A stretch of 64,000 nucleotides of DNA, from the NCBI GenBank assembly GCA_051362555.1, contig CM120645.1, positions 8,122,001-8,186,000 of the forward strand. Direction: 5' to 3'. Source of the DNA: Lingula anatina. Taxonomy: Eukaryota > Animalia > Brachiopoda. Shown here piece after piece: positions 36,601 to 47,999 of the stretch. A model generated the notes under the pieces. That model searched no databases, was not told the origin of the DNA, and was given only the letters and a program-made list of their open reading frames with translations. Position numbers and translations under genes: made by a program. The first letter of the stretch is position 1; each line of letters begins with the position of its first letter.

Positions 36601-39600
36601 CTGTTTTTATGGCAAGTCTGCTAGTCACTGGCTTCATGGAGAGTCATGCTAGTCACTGACTTTATGGAGGTCATTCTGTGTTATTTACATATATCATAGT
36701 TGATTTGGTAGAACTTTCTAATCAGTGTACAGTTGTATTGTTATGGAAAAATATGAAAAATATGGAAAAATAACTTTATCAAATATTTTGCAATAGGGGA
36801 AGTGTTTCACGTGTTTTTCCTAACTTTTACATTTGGATTATCTCAAAAAAAAGAAAAAAAAAAAAAATGAAGTGGGCTTTTTTTCAAGCCAGTGTATTTT
36901 CCTGTTATCTTATAGTAGATATGTGGTGAAAGAATAGCATTTTGTTTTTATTCCAGTATTACAAGTTTGGTGGGACTCTTGCCTTGGCTACTCTTGGCTG
37001 TGTTGGACTGTATGTAGCTACAACTTTAGCCATAACTACTTGGAGGTAAATACATATCTTTTTGATTTTATGAAATATTTCCTTTGAATTTTAAATCTTG
37101 GACTATAAGGTTTATGGTTTTCTCGAGTATCCAGTATCATGTCATTCACATGGATAAATTTAAAGAGAAGAATTTGGGAAATTTTGTGTTTAAAATAAAT
37201 AACTTTCAATGGTCATTCCAAATTTAAATATCACTTCCGATAAAAGATTCTGGAAATTTTGTGTTTAATAACTTTGAGTGGTCATTCTAAATTAAAATAT
37301 CACTTTCTGTAAAAGATACAAGTATTGGCATGGCATGTATGTGTTATTTGATGTACATATTAAGATCTTCTTTAACATATATGTAGAAACCAGAATCATA
37401 AATTTTCTTAAATTTTTTGCAGAACAAAATTCAGGAAAGCCATGCAGAGAGCAGATGATTTATCAAGAAATAGACTGCTTGACTCTTTAACGAACTATGA
37501 AACTGTCAAGGTATGGTGAAAACACTTAACAATGTACTCGTATCAAACACCAGCTGTTCTTTATTCAACTCAATGCCAGGAGGAGGCGTGTCAATCTGTT
37601 AATTGCATTCAACAAGAGTCCCCATGGATTTTGTTCGAACTACCTAGTTCGATAGTTTCACTGTAAACACACCCTCACATCTCTTTCTGTATGTTATATT
37701 TCAGTACTTCAACAACGAACCATACGAGGCAAAACGCTACGACGAACCTCTAGCTAAGTCTGAAGATTCTAATATAAAGATAGCTTACAGCCTAGCCCTG
37801 TTGAATGGGACCCAGAACTTGATTTTGAATATAGGTATATTCACGGGAATGCTAATTGCCTGTAATGGAATTAAAGAAGGTATGTCATGGTATTTTAAAA
37901 GCAGATTTGTATGATATGTAGGTTTAGTTGTGTCATGGTATTGGGTAGGTTTTTCATGGTGTTTTGTGACTCGATTTCACCACCTGGCAAACTTACAATG
38001 AAATGGTATTAAATGGGATATGCAGTGTTGAAGAATTGGGCATGCCATTTACAGTGTACTGTAGGTAATGGGATGGATAGTGATGTCCTAATTACAACTT
38101 TTCTAGAGCTGTATAATGGCAGCCTTTTATAATTCTAATTTTATCATGGAATTAATGAAAGAGCATTCAAGGAAAACAGCAATTTGCAGGCATAATATAA
38201 ATAAGAATGATAAAATAAAGAAAATTGTTTTAAAATGACAAGGTCTGGGTTCAGCTGAAAATGAAATCACTTTCTCCTGAAAGTTTAAAAAATGTCAAGG
38301 ACCTTTGTAAGAAACATCATGAAACATTTCCCACTAATAAACAGACCCACAGGTGATGATGAAAACATATCCTTGGATCCTTCATTGGCAGAGGTCATGA
38401 TTTTTAATTGTTATTGTATAATGCTAGGTACGATGACAGTTGGTGACCTGGTGATGGTGAATACGCTGCTCTTCCAACTGTCTCTGCCTCTTAATCTCCT
38501 CGGCTCCAGCTACAGGGAAGTGCAACAGAATCTCATTGACATGCAGAGCATGTTTAAACTTCTAGGAGAGACTTCTTTGATAAAGGTAGAGGAAGCTTTT
38601 AATATTTCTTTGGGGAGGGAGTGTGGGGTGGAGGAGGGGGGTAGAAAGTGGCATGTGTGACTTAATAATATAGGTAGCAATACAATTTCCCTGTATATGA
38701 AAAGCAATAAAGGCAATACTGGCATGTACAATTGGGGTGCGAAAGTGGAATAAAAGTATACATGTTAGATCATGAACTATGTAAATGTGCTATTGATAAT
38801 GTCCCTGGCTTTGTTACTAGTACATGGCAATTAGGGCGCATTCAGAAGAAGTTGATCCCCAGACTAGTTAGTCCATGGATCGATAAGTTGTGAATGCTCT
38901 CAATCAGAAAGGGAGATCTTCTCAGTGAGGTTTTCTTCTCAGGACAAGCCAGACGCAGCTGATTTGGTTTGCACCCCGCAGGAGTCGGAGATTCGATTTG
39001 AAAATATCCACTTTAGTTATGTCCCTGGCAACCCTATCCTGCAAGGCCTATCTTTTACAGTTCCCAGTGGAAAAAGAATTGCCATTGTTGGTGGCAGCGG
39101 ATCAGGGTATGGTAATAAACATAAATGTTCAAACACCTTGCAAATTTTAAAAAATAAATTCGTCAGGGTTTCCCTTTTTGTATCTCAAAATGGTTAACTG
39201 TTGTTAAACACAAAGCCAACGAACATCTCAAAATGTTGAAGCAACATTTTTAAGAATTTTTTTAAACAAAACAGTTTAAATCTATGAAAAAGAGACTTAC
39301 GGACATTTTATATCGCTACTTGTAGTTTTACATTTATGCACAGTCCGTGCTATTGACATTAACATGATAAATCATGATTTTATCTCCTGAAATGTTTGAA
39401 TTGAAAATTCTAAATAATGCATAATTCTCTTTATTACAGAAAGTCCACAATCATCCGGCTACTGTTCAGGTTTTATGATCCTGAGCAGGGGAGGATACTT
39501 GTAAATGGGCAGGACATCAGAGACCTGAAGATGGACAGTCTGAGGAAAGAAATAGGGGTTGTACCTCAGGTGAGAGAACTGTTGAGGAAGGAAATAGGGG

Positions 39601-42379
39601 TTGTACCACAGGTAGGAGAACTGTTGAGGAAGGAAATAGGGGTTGTACCACAGGTAGGAGAACTGTTGAGGAAGGAAATAGGGGTTGTACCACAGGTAGG
39701 GGAACTGTTGAGGAAGGAAATAGGGGTTGTACCACAGGTAGGAGAACTGTTGAGGAAGGAAATAGGGGTTGTACCACAGTTGAGAGAATTCTACTGAGGA
39801 AGGAAATAGGGGTTTGTACCACGGGTAGGAGAACTCTGTTGAAGGGAAGGGGGGTTGTACTACAGGTAGGAGAACTCTATTGAAGGGAATGGGGGTTGTA
39901 CTACAGGTAGGAGAACTCTATTGAAGGGAAGGGGGGTTGTACTACAGGTAGGAGAACTCTGTAGAAGAAGGGAATGGGGGTTGTACCACAGGTAGGAGAA
40001 CTCTGTAGAAGAAGGGAATGGGGGTTGTACCACAGGTAGGAGAACTCTATTGAAGGGAAGGGGGGTTGTACTACAGGTAGGAGAACTCTGTAGAAGAAGG
40101 GAATGGGGTTGTACCACAGGTAGGAAAACTCTATTGAAGGGAATGGGGGTAGTACCACAGGTAGGAGAACTCTATTGAAGGGAATGGGGGTTGTACTCTA
40201 TTGAGTATTAGTGTCTAGGCTTATCTTAGATATGGCATTGTTTGAGAGTGTATGTAAGATATACTAATGTTCAGTTGATCATTATAATATTTACTTCTTT
40301 TGCCTTGCAGGACACTGTATTGTTCAACGACTCAATCTTCTACAACATAAGATACGGCAATGTCAACAAAACTGAAGAAGATGTTTACTATGCTGCAAAG
40401 CTTGCTGCAGTACACAAGTCTATTATGGGCATGCCTCAGCAATATGACACTCAGGTCGGGGAAAGAGGATTAAAATTGTCAGGTAACATGTCAGTATGTC
40501 TCACCATGAGACTTTGCACAGGTTATATGTCTGTAATGATATAAACAGCTGGGAGGCTGGTGGCCAGGTGTGTTAAAACTGATTATTCAACAAAGGAATA
40601 CCTCTGGAGTTGGTGCAACCATATACGATGTGTTGTTCTGCAGACCTCTGAAATTTTAACTAAGGTGATTTTTCATTCCAGTGATATTTATTTATTTTAT
40701 GGTTTAGGCATAGGATAAAAATAAATTATGACTTTGATTCATACATTTAAACTGTGCATGTTATGTTATGGTATTGGCTGTGATGTTGTGATAAATGATG
40801 CACATTCCCTTTGCTGTGATTGGTCAGATCTTTGATTGATTACTTGCATCCTTTACTCTAATTGGTCAGATCATATTTCTTCGATCATGTCAGAGGTTCT
40901 CAAAATTGACCATAAAATGAACAGGTAAGATTTACTGTGCTCATTGTATTAAATGGAAATAAATTCCTTTTACTTAATCTCAATTTAAGTAAAAGGAATT
41001 TATTACCATTTACTTAATCTCAATTTAAGAAAAGGTTTACATAATCTGTTGCTAGGATTTCATATCACTTTTCTGTGTAGGTGGAGAAAAACAAAGGATT
41101 TCAATTGCGAGGGCAATCCTGAAAGATCCCCCTGTGATTGTGTACGATGAGGCCACCTCCTCTCTGGATTCCATCACAGAACAGGTAGGTGAAATCAGCT
41201 TTGTGTGTGTGCGTGCGTGCGTGCGTGTGTGTGTGTAAGAGCGCATTCAGAACAGATGATCTGTGAACTAACTGATCCCCTGGACTAAACATGGCCGACC
41301 CCACTTCAAAATTGATGCCGCTAATTCCCAAGTGGTCTCCCCGCCCCCACACGCATCATTGTTGCAGGGGCCAAGCAATTTTAATTATGTTTATAAACTG
41401 CAATACCAAGATTTAATCCGTTTAATGGCGCATGTGGAGGCAGAGAGGCCATCAGGGATTAGCAACATGGCTTTTGAAGTGGGGTCAGCCAGTAAGTCCA
41501 CAGATTGTCAGTTCTGAATGCACACTAAGCTAAAAATGTAAATGGATAAAAACTGCTCTTATGAGATTCATATTTCACAACTTCACATTGTAAACATTCC
41601 AGTTATTCTGAAATCTGTGCTTGCCATCAGACCATATAGACCTTCATACAAGGTTATACATTGTTATACATAATAACCTCCGAGATTATTGCAAAAAACC
41701 AAACTTTTTAGAAAAAAAAAAATGGACTTACTTTGAATGTTGGAATGGTAAGTATGGTAAAACCGTTGTTTTTTTTTTTGTTTTGTTTTTTTTGTTTTTG
41801 TTTTGTTTTTTCACGCCAAAACGAATGGTTATCCCTTTATTACAGTATGATACATTTTAATAAATTTATGGTCAGAAACCTTATCAGTTCCTTGTAAGAA
41901 ACACTCCATTTTAACTTCAGTCTCCTATATAACTGTTCTTTTTTCAACCTTTCTATAGTACAGGCCCAATTATTTCCTGCACATGATATATCGGGTGCAC
42001 TACATTATCCCTTTAACTTGATGCAACAGCAGTGGCTTTGTGAAGTTCCATAGGCCCCGTTTACTGCTGTGAATCTTCAATCTAATTCTCAATCTCAATT
42101 TTTTTGTTCCAGAACATTCTCCAAGCCCTGGACAATGTGACCAAGAATAGAACCACCATAGTTGTTGCTCACAGACTCTCTACTGTAGTTAACGCTGACG
42201 AGATCTTGGTGCTAGAGAATGGAAGAGTAGCAGAAAGGGGGAGCCACTATCAGTTACTTTCATATCCAGGCAGTCTTTATGCCGAACTGTGGAGCAAACA
42301 GCATGAAATGGCCTTAAAAGATGCAAATAACAATAATGCCAATGATAGTATTAAAACAGAGGAGGACCTGCCAAGCTAA
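33602..42379 (+). CDS. ABCB7: Mitochondrial ABC half-transporter ABCB7/Atm1 (Fe-S / glutathione export), 14 exons, ~745 aa
   Basis: Exons: 33602-33763, 34487-34825, 35372-35492, 35895-36081, 36502-36583, 36957-37045, 37423-37510, 37705-37879, 38428-38585, 38943-39106, 39440-39569, 40311-40482, 41081-41184, 42113-42379, all phase-compatible. Arg-rich presequence, [47 protein letters not shown], Walker A GGSGSGKST, Q-loop [30 protein letters not shown]. Confidence 0.93.
36566..36675 (+). repeat. ~28-bp tandem repeat x4 spanning the ABCB7 exon 5 donor
   Basis: CTAGTCACT recurs at 36566, 36594, 36621 and 36649; the first unit contains the real ATG|GTAAGT donor. Confidence 0.8.
38834..38901. mobile_element. 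Minimal Harbinger-like MITE ('GCATTCAGAA' family)
   Basis: GGGCGCATTCAGAA ... TTGTGAATGCTCTC termini, related to 41239-41525. Confidence 0.55.
39540..40198 (+). repeat. 42-bp (then 41-44-bp) minisatellite, ~15 units, copied from the ABCB7 exon 11 3' end plus its donor site
   Basis: Unit GAACTGTTGAGGAAGGAAATAGGGGTTGTACCACAG|GTAGGA encodes (V)[13 protein letters not shown]; it degenerates after ~39790. Confidence 0.95.
41239..41525. mobile_element. PIF/Harbinger-like MITE ('GCATTCAGAA' family)
   Basis: TIRs GAGCGCATTCAGAAC / GTTCTGAATGCACAC, flanked on both sides by TAA (3-bp TSD). Confidence 0.8.
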
Positions 42380-42791
42380 TGCAGGTTTTGCCTCAAACAT
42401 TTCTCTTGGACTAGTTTACTCCAGGCAAGCATATACCAATATTTTGATACCAGTACTTTAAAATAAATTAAATTTTTTTTTTCCAAATATAAAATCAATA
42501 GACACCGTCAAATCAAAATAACTACTTAAATTTTCACTATTAAGATCAGACTAGTAACTTGAAAAAAATGACATTGTTTGTGGTCATACTGTTGCCTTGA
42601 TCCAGTGGGGTACATAATAAAATCCAAATATTACTCTTGGAGCTTGATTTTGTGAAGATTTTCTTGAGCAGTATTTTTTTAACATTTGTAACAGAAGTGC
42701 ATAGATTTAATATCTTATGTGGTATTAAGGCAAATCAAGAAGAAAACTTTTAAACTTTGGGATAAAAAAACACTAAAAACTTATAGTCTAA

Positions 42792-43613
42792 GGCTCTATT
42801 CCCATAGATTTTAGATCGATCTATCCCCAACAGCTATTTAGCGTGAACCCCCAGGGAGTTAGGTCGATCTAAAGTAGGTCGATCTAATCTATGGAAATGG
42901 GGTGTTAGAAGTGTCAAGGTGAAGCATTAGGATAAAGTTTTAAATGTATGATTTTTACTTGCAAGTCCATAAATATCAATCGATTGTTGAACTTTGCTTC
43001 GGACAATTAATATTATTGGATCACTGTGTCATTAACTGTATCAGTTAAGCTGATTACACTCAGTAAGAATGGCCGCAGGGCTGGATTGATATAAATAAGC
43101 TGCATTCACAACAGATGATATGGGGACTAACTGATCTGCAGACTAAGTTTGTCCAACCCAAGTAAAAGCAATGCCGCCTCATCATCTACTGGTCTCCCCA
43201 CATCCACAGGCACCATCCCTCCAGGGACCGAGCAATTAAACCTCGGTTCCAGGATTTATTCCATTTAAGGTGCCTGTGGACATGGGGAGACCATCAGGGA
43301 CTTGCTTTTTAGTGGGGTCGGCCATATTTAGTCCACAGGTCAGCTAATATGAATGCGACCATAGACCCTTGGTGTCTATTGGAATGGGGGTCATAGACTG
43401 GGTTCCCACAGATTTAGATCGATCCATTTGGATGGACCTAACTCCCTAGGGGTTCATGCTAAATTGCTGTCAGCTTCCGGGACCGAGCGTGCAGGAAAGT
43501 TAATTACCCCCTTACATTTTTTAGTAGGCGGGACAGCCGAGTAAGCTGACAGCAATCTAGTGAGACTCCCCAGGGGGGATAGATTGATCTAAATATCTGT
43601 GGGAATGGTCTCA
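42792..43613. mobile_element. Cluster of three Harbinger-like MITEs (42792-42904, 43099-43361, 43397-43613) between the ABCB7 and FASTKD 3' ends
   Basis: Two GATCGATC-family copies and one GCATTCA-family copy with TAA/TTA/TAG flanks, plus an orphan terminus TCTATTGGAATGGGGGTC at ~43375. Confidence 0.72.
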
Positions 43614-44940
43614 TAGAAGATGATACATACACATAACAAAATAGTCTGTTTCTTTTTTAGTCACATACTTATTTTAATATTGGTGCAAAAGAGATAAACA
43701 CTTACAGGACATATACTCCCTTTTTGTTGCTTTCTTCACCAACACAGGCATTTCAAACATGAGATATTCCAGCATTCATCATTTTTTTTTTTTTTTTTTT
43801 TTTTTGCCTTATAAATTTGATAGTTATTAGTTATGCCCGGTAACTATTGTCATGATAATTGGCATGACTGATGACTTGGTTGTGAACTATAATCTGGTTT
43901 TGTTTTAAATTTCTTTGTTTAGAAGAAAAGCCCCCAATTACCATGCTCTACTAAACACATGCTTTATTTCACCTGGTTACTGATAAAAGTAGAAGTAAGC
44001 CTTTTTAAGAAAATTTGCTAGTAGTTCTTAAATTTGTGATTAAAAAGACCCTTATATGTGAATTCTCAGGCCACTTATTCGGAACAGATTGTGGAAATTG
44101 TTTTATTTATTATTATATTTTTTGGAAACTGGAGCAGTCTTTGCAGTAGCAGTGCCCATTAGCATGGCACTTGCCAGGAGCGGATCCAGGATTAGGCCTA
44201 CCCAACTACCAGACCCAGCACCGAATGATCCTGAATTTACCAATAGATCGGACCACACTACCCGTTTTCAAGATGTGCATCAGTACACATTTCACAGTAT
44301 CACACCTCCGTACAAATTTTGAGATGAGGGGCACTACTTTCCAACCTCGGTTAGAAACATCACTTATCACATCCTGCACTAGGCAAGAGCAGTGTCACGT
44401 CTGATACTTTGTAGCGCATAATTACCCCCCCCCCCCCCAGTTGGTCATTTGAGGTTTTGCGTTATCTTCTCACCTTCCTGTACAAAAGGAATACAATGTG
44501 AAAAACTGAGACATCATTTCTTATCAAATATTAAGTGTAAAAAAAAATGAAGGTTCTTTTCATTCCCCTCCCTACTTCTTGTTGTTTTTATTTGATTGAG
44601 GAATTTATGTATAAATTACATACTTTTAAGTTTAAATATTTAAGTCAAACAAATCATGTATTTTTTGCCCAGTCATCATTTACTTGTGATGTAATAAATA
44701 ATAAGATTTTGTCTACTTCTTTATTTCAAGGTAACATTAAAACGGGTGTACACTTTTTACACATCTATAAGGTGAACTAGTCGGACATAAAATATACCAC
44801 AATATTTAACATAAGTCAGAGTGATAATTTTTTTCCATTCTTCAAAAATAACACGATGAAGATGTCACCGCCATAGTTGCCAAGTTCCAATCAAGACGGG
44901 TATAGCATTAGCCATATTTAAAATGTCCACATTTTCATTA

Positions 44941-44990
44941 CAGGGTCAACCTGGAGGGGGGTTGATCAACCCCCCTCCAGGTTGACCCTG
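44941..44990. repeat. Perfect 50-bp spacerless palindrome
   Basis: CAGGGTCAACCTGGAGGGGGGTTGA|TCAACCCCCCTCCAGGTTGACCCTG, followed by a partial direct copy GAGAGGGGTTGATCAA. Confidence 0.95.
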
Positions 44991-45362
44991 GAGAGGGGTT
45001 GATCAAGACACCACAACTCCACCACCTTTATCAGTAATAGTCTGTCCCCATACTTTAACACTGACTCTGTGCTACATGTGATCCCAAGTAATTATGTCAG
45101 TACTCATTTATGTTAAGATTCATGAACTTTTAAAGCTAAACATGAAGGTTTTTAAACATACACACAAGAACACAATCTTTTAGCTGAGAAAAAAGTAAAA
45201 CTCCAAGTGGTTGCGATACAATTTGCCTTTTTCAATCATACTACTAAAGATTCAGATGCCGAAATGGTCTGGTTCACACCTAGCGAGTCTGGTTCCTGAT
45301 CAATGGCAGCAGTCCATAATCGTCTTCTAAATCAATGCTCTCATCAAGCACTCCAAAGTATC

Positions 45363-47152
45363 CTAACTTCTGGGTAACCTTGAAAAATAAAGAATTTATT
45401 TATCAACATTCCATAGCAATTCAGTTCTTTGCAAAAAAAATTTCACTCCCCCCCCCCCCAAATTTTTCTAAGTCCACTCAGTACTGAAAAATGTAAATGT
45501 GGAAAATATTGTATCTGAAACAAGGCAGCAAAGCTGTCAAATGTACAGACAAAAAGCAGGAAATAACTATGCACAATAAAGGCTACTGTCAATTCTGATG
45601 CGAAAGTACGTTATGTTAAACTGCAAATTCAACATCAAATTTTAATTATGCTCAACAGGTATTACCAATGTAAGTAAAATGTGTAACAAGTATAAGGCTT
45701 CAGGCCCATGGGAGTTCAAATTCACACTTTGAAAATGTATAACTTCCAAAAAAAGAAGCCAATTAGACTGCTTTTCCAACTCAGGCTGCGTTTTAATCCT
45801 GTATTTCTTTTTTGAAAGTTTAGCAATCATAAGTAACATGGTTTTCCCATAATGGTCATCATGGCAGCAGCACCCAAAATTGTTTTCTTCTATTCTGATG
45901 CAATATTACATAATGGTTAACAGCATAATGACAATCAATTTTTAATAACAAAATATACGTATCATGGATTTTCAGAAAATGTGACTAGCATGGGTCTTCA
46001 AGCCTATGGAACTTCGAAGTAACACCTTGAAAATGCCAATTTGTGAAAAATTAAATTTTCACGAAAAAACTGTTTAACTGGCAGAAAGAATTACCAAACA
46101 GATTGCATTGCCTACTGAAGCTGTATTTTAGTCCCATGTTTCTTTCCTGTAAGTTTGAGAACAGTAAGTGACATGGTTTTTCTTAAATGGTCATCATGGG
46201 AGCAGTGCCCAAAATAGGTTTTTTTTTCAAATTTTGATGCAATATTACATAATGTTTAACAGCATAATGACCATCAATTCTTAATAATAAAATAGATGAG
46301 ATGGAAAAAATATCAATAGAGCAGTGTTAACTGTCCAATTTCTTCCATTCTGAGATTCTGAACATAGTGAATGATTGAATCTGACAATGATATGAGTTTA
46401 TTTCCATTTTTGAAACTTTATTACACAATACACGATAACAAGTTTACCATCATTTTTACAAAATCAACTGACAATGTTGTATAGATGCAGGAAATGTCAA
46501 ACAAACACTTTTACATATCTTATTAATTAAATAATGAAACTGTTAACATGCCTAAGAATTGAATCTGAGGAAATGTGAAAAAACAGCGTAACTTCTAAAA
46601 TAATGGCTCGATTATGCTGATTTTTTAACTCAACCTGCGTTTTAGCAGGATTGACCACTCCTGTGAGTTCAATGACAATTGGCCAATCTGTTTTTCTTAT
46701 ATTGTGTTTACAATGTTGTATATATGCTGAAAAGTGAAACAAGACAGTGCTCACTGTTCTGAAATGTTTTTTTTTTTTATTTTTAACAATTTTTTAACAT
46801 AAAATTAACAGTTTACTGCCATTTTTATATGATCAACTAAAAAAATTGATGAGATCGGAAAAATATCAATAAAACAGTGTTAAATGTCCAATTTCTTCCA
46901 TTCTGAGATTCTGAACATAGTGAATGATTGAATCTGACAAACCGCAATGATATGAGTTTATTTCCATTTTTGAAACTTTATTACACAATACACGATAACA
47001 AGTATACCATTATATTTACAAAATCAACTAACAATGTTCTAAAGATGCAGGAAATGTCAAACAAACACTTTTACGTATCTTATTAATTAAATAATGAGAC
47101 TGTTAACATGCCTAAGAATTGAATCTGAGGAAATGTGAAAAAACAGCATAAC

Positions 47153-47183
<31 letters not shown>

Positions 47184-47968
47184 GGCCCAATTATGCCGAT
47201 TTTCGAACTTACCTGCATTTTAGCAGGATTGATCACTCCTGTGAGTTTAAAGACAATTGGCCAATCTGTTTTTCTTATATTGTGTTTACAGCGTTGCATA
47301 TATGCTGAAAAGTGAAAAAAAAGCATAACTACTAAAATAGTGGCCCGATTATGCTGATTTTCGAACTCAACCTGCGTTTTAGCGGGATTGATCACTCCTG
47401 TGAGTTTAATGACAATTGGCCAATCGGTTTTCCTTGAAATGTGTTAACAGTGTTGCATATATGCTGAAAAGTGAAAAAAACAATAATGGCCTGATGATGC
47501 TGATTTTGCAAACTTGACCTGCGTTTTATGAATATTTATCAGCTCTGTAAATATAAAGCCAAAAACTAAAACTGCCTTCCACTTGTCGTGTTTACAATGA
47601 AAGTGCACGGCACCGGCATCGGCGACGACAGACGCAGGTGATGGCAATATGTACAGACACATCTGTCTGTACATAAAAATGTAAGTCATCTGGGTCCTTT
47701 CCACATAATGACTTTTAGCCTTCTTTGCTGCATTTTACTAAGAATCAAAAAGACCATTTATCTCTTCCTATTACTCCCCAGTCTTTTCACTAAGCCCAAA
47801 AAACTTAGAGTGATTGTCTTGACAGTTTTTTAAATTCACAATAGTCAATTTTAGATAAGTCAGCACCATTTAATGGAGAGTATTCTTGGATAATATGATC
47901 TTAAACAAAGATGACTTCATGTACAAGTCAGCTATTCAGTCTATCCCCACCCCCCAAAAAAGAAAATA

Positions 47969-47999
<31 letters not shown>

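Noticed and set aside
39517-40158. Minus-strand repetitive ORFs ([10 protein letters not shown]...)
   Set aside because: Antisense readings of the ABCB7 minisatellite, with no independent gene evidence.
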